Shown: piece by piece, positions 35,699 to 43,769 of the stretch | Numbering within the stretch: position 1 is the first letter of the stretch | Layout: each line of letters opens with the position of its first letter | From: Frankiales bacterium | Lineage (GTDB): Bacteria; Actinomycetota; Actinomycetes; Mycobacteriales; SCTD01 | Length of the DNA stretch: 43,769 nt | Direction of reading: 5' to 3' | Assembly: GCA_025464795.1 (NCBI GenBank) | Contig: JAODNB010000316.1 | Span: 1-43,769, forward strand | Program-made: the position numbers and the translations under genes | The notes under the pieces: generated by a model | The model's input: only the letters and a program-made list of their open reading frames with translations | What the model was told of the DNA's origin: nothing | The model's database searches: none

Positions 35699-36754
35699 AT
35701 GAACTCCCCGACGGCCGGGCGTCGCGCCATCGCGTCCTTGGCGGCGCTCGGCCTGCTGACCTTCTCGGGCGCTTGTTCCACCGGCACCGCGGCTCACACT
35801 GCCGCCCAGGTGAGCACGCCGTCGCCGTCGCGCACAACGGGGGCAGCGGCCCGCCCTCGCGTCCCGGCTACCTGGCCGCTGTCGGGAATGCCGGCAGCTG
35901 CGCCGACAACGGCGCCTGCTTTGTCCGTCAAGGTCGACAACGCACCTGGCGCGCGGCCGCAGTCAGGCCTCAACGATGCCGATCTCGTCTTCGAGTGCCC
36001 TGTGGAGGGTGGCCTGAGCCGATTTTTGGCCGTCTTCCACTCCCACAGCTCATCGAAGATCGGCCCAATACGTTCCGCGCGGCCGGTCGACGGTGCCTTG
36101 TTGCGGGCGCTCAACGGAGGCTTGTTCGCCTACTCCGGCGCGGCGTCAGGTGAGATCGCCCCTGCTCGCGCGTACTCCAAGGCGACCCTCATCAGCAACG
36201 ACGCAGACCCCCGTCCGTTCTACCGCTCTAGCGCCCGCCGAGCTCCCGAGAACGTCTACGCCTCAGTTGCGTCGCTCAGGGGTGAAGGGGGCCGACTCGG
36301 GCCGAGCCGACCAGCGCCGCCGCAGCTGTTCACCTTCGGCGCGCTGACCGCGGGAGCCACTCCTGCGCGCTCGGTCGCTGTCGTCATCGGAAGCGCTGCC
36401 CGAGCGCAGTGGACATGGGTGGGCGGGAGTTACGTGCGCAAGGAGAACGGGTCTGCGCATTTACTCGCGGACGGCTCGCAGGTCTCTGCCGTGAACGTGG
36501 TCATCCTTCGCGTCCACGTCATGGGCTCCGGCATACGCGATGCCGCCGGTAACGAGGACCCTTTCGTCTTGGCCTACGGGAACGGAGCCATGCAGGTTTT
36601 CCGTAACGGAGTCGTTGAAGCAGGGACATGGAGGCGTGCGTCCGTCGCGGCGCCCTTTCGCTTCGTGGCGAGCAATGGGCGATCGCTGACCCTCGCTCCG
36701 GGACGTACGTGGGTGGAGCTTGTCCCCATGAACGGTGCTGTGTCGGTCCATTGA
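35699..36754 (+). CDS. DUF3048 family lipoprotein
   Basis: Lipobox LTFSGAC. VKVDNAPGARPQSGLNDADLVFECPVEGGLSRFLAVF matches the DUF3048 signature. Confidence 0.75.
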   Translation: MNSPTAGRRAIASLAALGLLTFSGACSTGTAAHTAAQVSTPSPSRTTGAAARPRVPATWPLSGMPAAAPTTAPALSVKVDNAPGARPQSGLNDADLVFECPVEGGLSRFLAVFHSHSSSKIGPIRSARPVDGALLRALNGGLFAYSGAASGEIAPARAYSKATLISNDADPRPFYRSSARRAPENVYASVASLRGEGGRLGPSRPAPPQLFTFGALTAGATPARSVAVVIGSAARAQWTWVGGSYVRKENGSAHLLADGSQVSAVNVVILRVHVMGSGIRDAAGNEDPFVLAYGNGAMQVFRNGVVEAGTWRRASVAAPFRFVASNGRSLTLAPGRTWVELVPMNGAVSVH

Positions 36755-38262
36755 GGCCAGAGGCTCGTTGGGTACGGCTGGTCCTAGCCGTGCTAACTGC
36801 CCTCGCTCTTCTCTCTAGCTGCTCCCATGGGGTGACGAGTTCACGCGCCCGGATCACTGATTCACCCCGGGTGCCGAGACCAGTGCTGGTCAACCCCGGT
36901 GCCTCGACGAGTGTCGCCGCCGAAGAGCAGCGGCCCGGCACGCAGGCATGGAACCTGCTTAGCGTTGCCGACCCGCTGCTCTTGGCCGGCTACACCTCAG
37001 CCGCCAGCGTTCTCCCTGGGCAGATGCTCGCGCTGCACATCGGCAGCCGACGGCCCCACGTGAGGGTTCAGGTCTTTCGGGCTGGCTGGTATCGCGGGGA
37101 CGGGGCGCGCCTCATCTGGGCCGGAGTCGCCCAGGGCACACCCCCCTCCCCGGCGAAGGTCCTGGACGCAGCGACGCGCACCCTGACGGCAGAGTGGCCC
37201 GTCGCCCTCAAGGTCTCTACCTCCGGGTGGGTCCCTGGGGAGTACGTCATCAAGCTCAGCAATGAGGACGGTCAGCGCTGGGTGCCCTTCGTGGTTCGGA
37301 GCCCTTCCTTCCGGGACACCACGGTCCTGCTGTCTGCCGACACGACGTGGCAGGCCTATAACGACTGGGGCGGCTACAGCCTGTACCACGGTCCTGATGG
37401 GGCGACGCGAACGCGGGCCTACGCCGTCAGCTTCGACCGGCCCTATAACTACGGGGCGGGCGCTGCGGACTTCGCGGGCGGGGAACGCCCGCTGATCGCA
37501 CTGGCGGAAAGGCTGCACCTGCCGGTCGCTTTCGCCGCCGACACCGACCTCCAGACGACTCCAGGCCTTCTCGATGGAGCACGAGCGGTCATCAGCCTCG
37601 GCCACGACGAGTACTGGTCGTCAGCGATGCGAGAGCAGTTGGATCGCGCAAGAGCGGGAGGCACAAACTTGGCCTTCTTCGGCGCCAACGCGATTTACCG
37701 TCACATCCGGTTGGCTTCTCTGCCTGATGGTGCCAATCGGCTCGAGATCGACTACAAGGACGGCGCCATTGACCCCCTAGCTCGGAGCGACCGCGCCGAG
37801 GGCACCTGGAACTGGCCCTCCGGACCCGACCCTCGTGATGGTGACGAGCTCACAGGCGGGCACTACGAGTGCAACCCCGTGCACGTCCCACTCGTGCTGA
37901 CGGCCACAGACCACTGGCCGCTATCCGGCCTGAGCCTGCAGCCCGGGACCACGCTTCCCGGCCTGGTCGGTTCGGAGTTCGACTCGTATCGGCCGGGCGG
38001 CTCAGCGCCTCGGCACATGATCAGCCTCGCACGTAGCCCCCTTGTCTGCGGGGGACGTGCGGACCACGCCGACATCGTCTACTACACCGAGCCCGGAGGA
38101 GCCGCCGGCTTCGACGCGGGAACAAGTGCATGGGTATGCGTACTCGCCAACCACTGCGGCTTCACTCTGACGGCGGCCGAATCGCGGCTCGTGATGCAAA
38201 TAACCCAGAGAGTGCTGGTGGCCTTCAGCGCAGGTCCCGCCGGCCGTGCACACCCGCTCTGA
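36751..38262 (+). CDS. N,N-dimethylformamidase beta-subunit-like domain lipoprotein
   Basis: The TTG start at 36751 overlaps the upstream stop (TTGA). Lipobox ALLSSCS. SADTTWQAYNDWGGYSLY, GHDEYWS, FFGANAIYRHIRL, GLVGSEFD. Confidence 0.7.
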   Translation: MRPEARWVRLVLAVLTALALLSSCSHGVTSSRARITDSPRVPRPVLVNPGASTSVAAEEQRPGTQAWNLLSVADPLLLAGYTSAASVLPGQMLALHIGSRRPHVRVQVFRAGWYRGDGARLIWAGVAQGTPPSPAKVLDAATRTLTAEWPVALKVSTSGWVPGEYVIKLSNEDGQRWVPFVVRSPSFRDTTVLLSADTTWQAYNDWGGYSLYHGPDGATRTRAYAVSFDRPYNYGAGAADFAGGERPLIALAERLHLPVAFAADTDLQTTPGLLDGARAVISLGHDEYWSSAMREQLDRARAGGTNLAFFGANAIYRHIRLASLPDGANRLEIDYKDGAIDPLARSDRAEGTWNWPSGPDPRDGDELTGGHYECNPVHVPLVLTATDHWPLSGLSLQPGTTLPGLVGSEFDSYRPGGSAPRHMISLARSPLVCGGRADHADIVYYTEPGGAAGFDAGTSAWVCVLANHCGFTLTAAESRLVMQITQRVLVAFSAGPAGRAHPL

Positions 38263-38786
38263 CGAGCAGCCTCTGAACCATTTCCGGTACAGACCCAACC
38301 GCAGAGGGCGTGAAGCTGCTCGGCGAGCATCCCTGAGATGCTTCCCGAGTGTCCATGTCGGCGGTCGCGCAGAACTCGCTGTCCGCCATGAGCATCGAAG
38401 TTGGCTGGAAGGGGCGCTCACCGGCCTGTCAGGTGAATGCTCCTACCGTTGGTCCAGCACGTGGTCCCGCTGTTTGGCGGTACCTCCCAGCTGGACCACC
38501 TGTTACTCGCTCGGCCCGAGGCACGGTCCCGCGCCGATCCCGGCCGGGTCACGAGACCTAGTCAGCCTCAGGAAGGACGCAGATGGCAGACGATGTCGAC
38601 GGTGCCAGCGGTGTGGGCCTGCAAGCAAACTGAACACATTCGTATTGCTCAGGTCGTGTCTGCGCTCCGCGGGCGCGGAGGGAGCATGCTCATCGCTATG
38701 GCTTCCGCGCGGTTCCCGTGCCTCCTGGGCATCAAGCAGATCTCCCGCGAACCCGCGGAAGCCCAGTCGCTATCGAGGAAGGCTGC

Positions 38787-40172
38787 ATGGGTCCGTCTGT
38801 GAGCCGTCGGATCGCTGTTGTCACGCCGGATGTGCTGAGCCTGAAGATGGCAGGGCCGGCCATCCGTGCCTACAACATTGCGGAACAGCTGAGCCGGACG
38901 CACGAGGTCAAGCTCATCTCCACCACGTCATGCGAGATCGAGCATCCGCAGGTGAGTTGCAGCTTCGCGCCGTGGCATGCACTGCAAGAGGCCGTCGGCG
39001 ACGCCAGCGTGGTTGTCCTGCAGGGTTTCGTGTCCGCACGTGCGCCGTGGCTATTACGTAGCGAAAAAGTCCTTGTCATAGACCTGTACGACCCGCTGCA
39101 CCTCGAGCAGCTCGAGCAGCTCAAAGGCGAGTCCACGCAACGACGCCGCGCGACCCTGGACATCACCGTCAGGATGTTCAACGAGCAGATCGTGCGGGGG
39201 GACTTCTTCTTATGTGCGAGTGAGGAGCAGCGACAGCTGTGGCTGGGACACCTTGGGGCGTTCGGACGCTTGAATCCTGAGAACTACCAGGCGGACGACA
39301 CGTTACGACGTCTGCTCGCAGTGTGTCCGTTCGGAGCTGCTGAGGCTCCGCCAGTCCGGACCGGTCTGGGAATCAGAGGTGCCGTGCCGGGCATCGGAGA
39401 CAAGGACAAGGTGATCTTGTGGGCCGGCGGGGTCTACAACTGGCTCGACCCGCTCACGTTGGTGAGGGCGGTCGATCGGCTCTGCCGCGTGCATGACGAC
39501 GTGCGCCTGTTTTTCCTAGGGATGAAGCATCCCAATCCGGAGATCGTCGACACGCACGTAGCGGACCAGACTCGAGCTCTGTCACATGAGTTGGGTCTGA
39601 CAGGCAAGTACGTGTTCTTCCACGAGGAGTGGACGCCCTACGCGGAACGTCAGAACTACCTTCTCGACGCTGACGTCGGGGTGAGCACCCACGTAAACCA
39701 CCTCGAGACGCAGTTCGCGTTCCGGACCCGAGTCCTTGACTATCTGTGGGCATCTCTTCCTGTGGTCAGCACCCGGGGCGACACGTTTGCGCGCCTCATC
39801 GAGGCCGAAGGGCTCGGCCTGACCGTGCCCGAGCAGGATCCTGCCAGTCTTAGTGAAGCGCTGGCCCTGGCGCTCTATGACATTGACTTTGCAGACAGCT
39901 GTCGAGCCAACGGCGCCCGAGTGCTTCAGCGCTTCACGTGGCCTCGGGCCCTGGAACCGCTGACGCGCTTCTGCGACGATCCCTCGCGAGCACCTGACGC
40001 CGGACCCGAACAGCGGCGGTTCGTTCGGTATCCAACAACACCACCGACCCCTGTCGCGCAAGAACTCCGACGAGCGCTGGTCCTCGCCAGGCAAGGCGGG
40101 GTCCGACTGGTCACCGAGCGAGCTGCGGTCCGTATCGGACGCGGCTTGCGGGACCGCAAGCATCACGCGTGA
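38787..40172 (+). CDS. glycosyltransferase family 4 (GT-B fold)
   Basis: GAGGAAGG Shine-Dalgarno. RIAVVTPD.., ILWAGGVYNWLDP.., E-x7-E-like ETQFAFRTRVLDY. Codon usage is noticeably richer in A/T-ending codons (CTA TTA .. AAA .. ATA) than in neighbouring genes. Confidence 0.75.
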   Translation: MGPSVSRRIAVVTPDVLSLKMAGPAIRAYNIAEQLSRTHEVKLISTTSCEIEHPQVSCSFAPWHALQEAVGDASVVVLQGFVSARAPWLLRSEKVLVIDLYDPLHLEQLEQLKGESTQRRRATLDITVRMFNEQIVRGDFFLCASEEQRQLWLGHLGAFGRLNPENYQADDTLRRLLAVCPFGAAEAPPVRTGLGIRGAVPGIGDKDKVILWAGGVYNWLDPLTLVRAVDRLCRVHDDVRLFFLGMKHPNPEIVDTHVADQTRALSHELGLTGKYVFFHEEWTPYAERQNYLLDADVGVSTHVNHLETQFAFRTRVLDYLWASLPVVSTRGDTFARLIEAEGLGLTVPEQDPASLSEALALALYDIDFADSCRANGARVLQRFTWPRALEPLTRFCDDPSRAPDAGPEQRRFVRYPTTPPTPVAQELRRALVLARQGGVRLVTERAAVRIGRGLRDRKHHA

Positions 40173-42217
40173 AGGGTCTCATCGCGATTGCTGGAGAACC
40201 AGCGCCACCGACTCGACGGGTACACGCGCTGGCGAGCCGCCTGCAACCGTTCGTCTTCCCAGCCCTGGTCCTCGGGTGCTTCCTGCTCCTAACAGCGCTA
40301 GGGATCAGCGGGACGTCCAGCACCAAGCTCTGGGCGTATCTCAACGGGGCGCGCCCTGACCCGCACCTGTTAGCAGGCATGCCAAGAAGCGTCCGCAGCG
40401 ACGAGTGGTTCGTGAACACGCCCATGGTGCTCGGCCAGCACACCGCAGGCTACCCGCGGGTGAATCATCACTTGGCCGGCGGACTCGACATGTCACTGGT
40501 GTTCGACGTTCCCTATATCGACTGGTCGCTCGCGTTCCGCCCTCAGTCGTTGGGCTTCTTGGTGTTGCCCCTGAGCCAGGCGTTCGCATTCAAGTGGTGG
40601 CTGCTCCCGGCCGTGATGCTGCTGGGGGTATATGGGCTCAGTCTGCAGTTGATCCCGGGTAAGCGGTGCTTCGCGGCATTCATGGCCATTGCGGTGCTGT
40701 TCTCCCCGTTCACCCAGTGGTGGTTCACCTCTAGTACGACGGGAACGCTCGGCTGGGGGTTTGTGGCTTCCGCCGCCTTCATCTGGCTTCTCACTGCGGC
40801 GCGACTGCGCGATGTCATCTTGCGCTCGGCCCTTCTGGCGTACGCGAGCGCATGCTTTGGGCTCGTTCTTTACCCGGCGTTCCAGATTCCCGTACTTCTG
40901 GTCGTCCTTGCACTTGCCCTCGGCATCGCAGTCAAACGTCGGCGCGAACTCTCACGGGCTGAGGTCGTGACTCGTCTGATCGCAGCTGCCGTAGCGGTAA
41001 CGGTCGCAGCTTGCGTCGGCATCACCTTCTTCCTCACGCGTTCGTCCGCGATCCGGGCGATCACCGACACGACCTACCCCGGTCACCGCGTCACCGCCGC
41101 GGGGGGATACTCGCTGCTGCGTCTGCTCTACGGCAGCGTCACGCCCGTGCTGGCAATCCGCGGAGCAAGCGCGAACGTGTCCGCAGTCGCCCTTGGAGGA
41201 AACGACAGCGAGGCGAGCGCCTTCCTGCTCGTGGGGGTCTTCCTGGTCGCGGTACAAGCGTGGCTGGTCTGGCGTGCGCGATCTAAGCAGCTGCCGTCGA
41301 ACCCACTCTTGATCGCGTTATTGGTGTTGCTGGCGGTCTTCCTAGCGGACCTGTTTGTCCCATTCATCGACCCGGCAGTGAACCTGTTCGGCCTGGGCAT
41401 GGTGCCACATAACCGCCTGCACATCGGCCTTGGAATGCTGTCGACTTGCTTGGTTCTTGTCACTGTCCAGGAGATCCAACAGCAGAACGTCGTCATTCCT
41501 CGGTCATTAGCTGCCGGCACACTGGTAGGCACGTTCGCAGTGAATCTCTACGAGATTCTGCAGGTCCGACAGGTCAGCGTTTCGGCCAGCGGAGGATGGA
41601 AGCTCTCGCTGAGTCTCCTCGCTCTAGCGACCTTGATCACCGCAGCATTTATCACCAGTCGCCACCGATTGGGTGCCGGCCTGCTGGCAACCTTCTGCCT
41701 CCTGGGCGCGGGGTCTGTAAACCCCCTCTACCGGGGAACGTTCGACATCGGAAACACAGCCCTCGGAGCGGCTGTGAGAAAGGTGGATTCCGGGCGGCCG
41801 GGTGCCTGGATCAGTGTCGCTGGTCTCATCAGCAATGCGGTGCTGGTCGAGTCCGGAGTGCACACCTACAGCGGTACGTTCAGCTACCCGACACCCGGGG
41901 AATGGACTGAACTCGATCCCCACAGGGCACTTGTTGACGTTTACAACCGCTACGCCCAAGTCGTCTTCACGGACGGCCTGACGGGGCCGACGCTGCAGAA
42001 CCCCCAGCGGGACATCGTCGTGGTGGCGTTTCAGCCTTGCGGATCCTTCATACAGCAACGTGTGCACTACGTGCTGTCGGACCATCCCATCACCGACTCT
42101 TGCGTCAAGCTTCACGAGAAGGTCACGATGCCGGTCGGTCTCTTCTACATCTACGACGTGGCCAGCCTCCGGCCAGCCCGGCCGTCCGCGCTCCGGCCCG
42201 CCAGCCTCCGGCCTTAG
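40169..42217 (+). CDS. large polytopic membrane protein of unknown function (possible GT-C-type glycosyltransferase/polymerase)
   Basis: The GTG start overlaps the GT4 stop (GTGA). About 14 TM helices, then a C-terminal domain of about 130 aa predicted to be soluble. No motif I can name. Confidence 0.65.
   Translation: MKGLIAIAGEPAPPTRRVHALASRLQPFVFPALVLGCFLLLTALGISGTSSTKLWAYLNGARPDPHLLAGMPRSVRSDEWFVNTPMVLGQHTAGYPRVNHHLAGGLDMSLVFDVPYIDWSLAFRPQSLGFLVLPLSQAFAFKWWLLPAVMLLGVYGLSLQLIPGKRCFAAFMAIAVLFSPFTQWWFTSSTTGTLGWGFVASAAFIWLLTAARLRDVILRSALLAYASACFGLVLYPAFQIPVLLVVLALALGIAVKRRRELSRAEVVTRLIAAAVAVTVAACVGITFFLTRSSAIRAITDTTYPGHRVTAAGGYSLLRLLYGSVTPVLAIRGASANVSAVALGGNDSEASAFLLVGVFLVAVQAWLVWRARSKQLPSNPLLIALLVLLAVFLADLFVPFIDPAVNLFGLGMVPHNRLHIGLGMLSTCLVLVTVQEIQQQNVVIPRSLAAGTLVGTFAVNLYEILQVRQVSVSASGGWKLSLSLLALATLITAAFITSRHRLGAGLLATFCLLGAGSVNPLYRGTFDIGNTALGAAVRKVDSGRPGAWISVAGLISNAVLVESGVHTYSGTFSYPTPGEWTELDPHRALVDVYNRYAQVVFTDGLTGPTLQNPQRDIVVVAFQPCGSFIQQRVHYVLSDHPITDSCVKLHEKVTMPVGLFYIYDVASLRPARPSALRPASLRP
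42161..42213 (+). repeat. 14-bp direct repeat GCCAGCCTCCGGCC x2 at the 3' end of the membrane-protein gene
   Basis: Exact copies at 42161-42174 and 42200-42213. Together they encode the odd tail ASLRPARPSALRPASLRP just before the TAG stop. Confidence 0.8.
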
Positions 42218-42655
42218 GGTCGGCTGTCCTGAGCCACCAAGAGGGTCGGTGGAGCCACCTGATTCAAGTCGAAGGTTGGCGAGGCCCTGATGACGCTGAC
42301 GGGCGCGCCGCACCCTCCGACGGCTGTTGTCTATCCCGACGACGTTGACCGAAGGCCACCTTTGAGCCATGAGCCCAGCCGTGCCCCCAGCACCGCTACC
42401 AAGGTCCACGACAACAAAGGGGTAGACCTGATCAAACGCAGCCCCTCGAGGAAAGCCGTGTGGTGACCCTCGTCCTGCTCGTTGCGTGCCCAGTCCCGGG
42501 TGCTGAGTTCGAAGAAGGCGCGACATGAGATGGTCCAGGGTGCTCTGCGTGCCGAGAAAGAACCCGGTGACGGGGATCCGCTCGCGCGACGAGCGGGCGC
42601 CACGGTCGATCTTCGAGACCAGTGCCCCCCTGAGGTGTCGTGCAGTCGAGGACAT
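42214..42655 (-). pseudogene. class I SAM-dependent methyltransferase remnant (frameshifted, 3'-truncated)
   Basis: Motif I VVVDLGSGAGGTAGLMAQRWPSVNVVGIDNS is present. The frame with GC-rich third positions switches near 42515-42530 and back near 42430-42445. The reading frame runs into the convergent gene before post-motif-I elements appear. Confidence 0.4.
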
Positions 42656-42704
42656 GACCGAAGCGAAGAGGGCTTGCGGTGCGGCCCGTCTGACACGCCC
42701 AGGC

Positions 42705-42866
42705 TCACCGAGCTTCCTGCGAGCCGGACATCCTGCCGACCTCGGAAGGGGACAGGGGCGGCCGGCAGTCCCGGCTCCGCCGGTCCTGGCGCGCCCCATA
42801 CACGCAGTAAACAATCGCGGCGACGTCCGCAGCGAACATGACCGCGTTGACCACCGTTCCCACCAT
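42705..42866 (-). CDS. hypothetical 53-aa single-pass membrane peptide (below the ORF-track cutoff; weak)
   Basis: ATG preceded by AAGG with a 7-nt spacer. MVGTVVNAVMFAADVAAIVYCVYGA is followed by the basic stretch RQDRRSRD. Third positions are strongly G/C. Confidence 0.25.
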   Translation of the reverse strand: MVGTVVNAVMFAADVAAIVYCVYGARQDRRSRDCRPPLSPSEVGRMSGSQEAR

Positions 42867-43072
42867 GGTGGGACCTTAGGCGCGGCCACCTGACAAGCCG
42901 ATGATCGGCCTCGCCGCTGGCGGTCACGCTGGCCGCAGTCCTCGACGTCGCTCGGCGCCGTCCAGGAACTCCATGTCGACGATCTTGCGCGGACAGCGGG
43001 CGCTCCCGCCTCATCGCAACCGACGAGATCGACATCGTCGCTCTGTCGCGGCGACGCGTGGCGCGGCAGCCC

Positions 43073-43769
43073 TTAGGTCAGGCTGAATGCCTTGCCCAGA
43101 GAGGGGGCGCTGGCCGCTGAGCGCAGCGCGGGACCACCGACGAGATCGGTCATCCACCGGCACCAGGAGTAGTGATCCAGTCGAGTGCTGACGACCTTCC
43201 CGTGCAGCCGAGGAGACAGCAGGACCGTCAACAGGGATCCGGTGCCGCTGCCCTCGACTTCGTCGAAGGTGACAACGACAGCGAGGCGTCCTGCCTTCCA
43301 GTCAACACCGGATTGGATCACGCCCACCCACTTGTGAAGCCAGTTGTCTGCGCTGCTCAACGAGCAGTCGTGCGCGTCGTTGCAGAGGTTCGGGATCAGC
43401 ATCCCGACACGGGGAAGCTTTCCAGTGACGATGTCCTGGTGCAGGGCCCCGCTCGTGGGGGCGCCAGCGTTGACGTCGTACTTGCCGCAGTTTGCGCGGT
43501 GCTGGCTGAAGTAGGCCCATGGGTTGTGCTTCACGGCGTACGGGTTCGCGGGAGTCAGCCGGCAGGGGGTGGCGCCCATGGACTCGGCGTAGGTCTTCGC
43601 CGTTTGGTTGCGGCTGATCGCGACGTCGAACACCGAAGCCCCGGTGAGCTTGTGGCTTGCTGGGTTGTTGTCGTCGTGGACGCCGAACGTGGAGCCGCCT
43701 GCCATTGCCAGGTAGTTCGGCAACGAGGGGTGGGTGAGGTTCCGGTAGTTCGTCGCGCGGCCGTAGGTC
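43073..43769 (-). CDS. phosphoesterase-family protein, 5'-partial (runs off window)
   Basis: The frame stays open beyond the ATG at 43723 to the window edge (..TYGRATNYRNLTHPSLPNYLAMAGGSTFGV..). VKHNPW, NLCNDAHDC, FDEVEG. Paralog of 7402-8397. Confidence 0.75.
   Translation of the reverse strand, partial: TYGRATNYRNLTHPSLPNYLAMAGGSTFGVHDDNNPASHKLTGASVFDVAISRNQTAKTYAESMGATPCRLTPANPYAVKHNPWAYFSQHRANCGKYDVNAGAPTSGALHQDIVTGKLPRVGMLIPNLCNDAHDCSLSSADNWLHKWVGVIQSGVDWKAGRLAVVVTFDEVEGSGTGSLLTVLLSPRLHGKVVSTRLDHYSWCRWMTDLVGGPALRSAASAPSLGKAFSLT

Noticed and set aside
41624-42889. 421-aa minus-strand ORF taken as one gene
   Set aside because: Only the part at about 42250-42655 looks methyltransferase-like, and that part is frameshifted. 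The part from 41624 to about 42213 is antisense to the well-supported membrane-protein gene.
1-43769. Search for CRISPR arrays, IS elements, integrases, toxin-antitoxin or known defence genes, and rRNA/tRNA
   Set aside because: I found no regularly spaced repeats, terminal inverted repeats, transposase or recombinase motifs (DDE, tyrosine or serine recombinase), nuclease/ATPase defence signatures or structured RNA genes, other than the riboswitch.

Overview
High-GC actinobacterial-type chromosomal segment with about 40 protein-coding genes, almost all for cell-envelope synthesis and remodelling. I see no rRNA, tRNA, CRISPR array, transposase, integrase or recognisable defence gene. In order, the window holds: (1) gatD-murT for lipid II amidation. 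(2) Interleaved paralog pairs of secreted or lipid-anchored hydrolases: two phosphodiester glycosidase-like, two class-A beta-lactamase-like, two phosphoesterase-family and two esterase-family proteins. (3) An MptB-like GT-C mannosyltransferase, a beta-propeller protein, a GT87 membrane protein and an SGNH hydrolase. (4) A four-gene minus-strand block that looks like a split MprF aminoacyl-phosphatidylglycerol module. (5) A monofunctional peptidoglycan transglycosylase. (6) A tightly coupled GT2 / DUF2304 / GT2 / Wzx-like operon with a methyltransferase downstream. (7) A clear cyclic-di-AMP (ydaO-class) riboswitch in front of a RipA-like NlpC/P60 hydrolase, followed by a class A PBP and a convergent MarP-type protease. 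(8) MscS. (9) A visibly less GC-rich, remnant-containing patch encoding an Lsr2-domain protein with inverted domain order and an orphan OmpR-type response regulator. (10) A DUF3048 / DMFase-like lipoprotein pair. (11) A GT4 plus a 682-aa polytopic membrane protein with atypical codon usage, ending at a decayed methyltransferase. I cannot point to one unambiguous undescribed system. The best candidates for something new are the split MprF operon with an adjacent alpha/beta hydrolase, the murT frame that lacks a canonical start codon, the coupled DUF3048/DMFase-like lipoprotein pair beside the orphan regulator and inverted Lsr2 protein, and the apparently acquired GT4/membrane-protein pair. All functional calls rest on motifs read from the translations; no database search was run.
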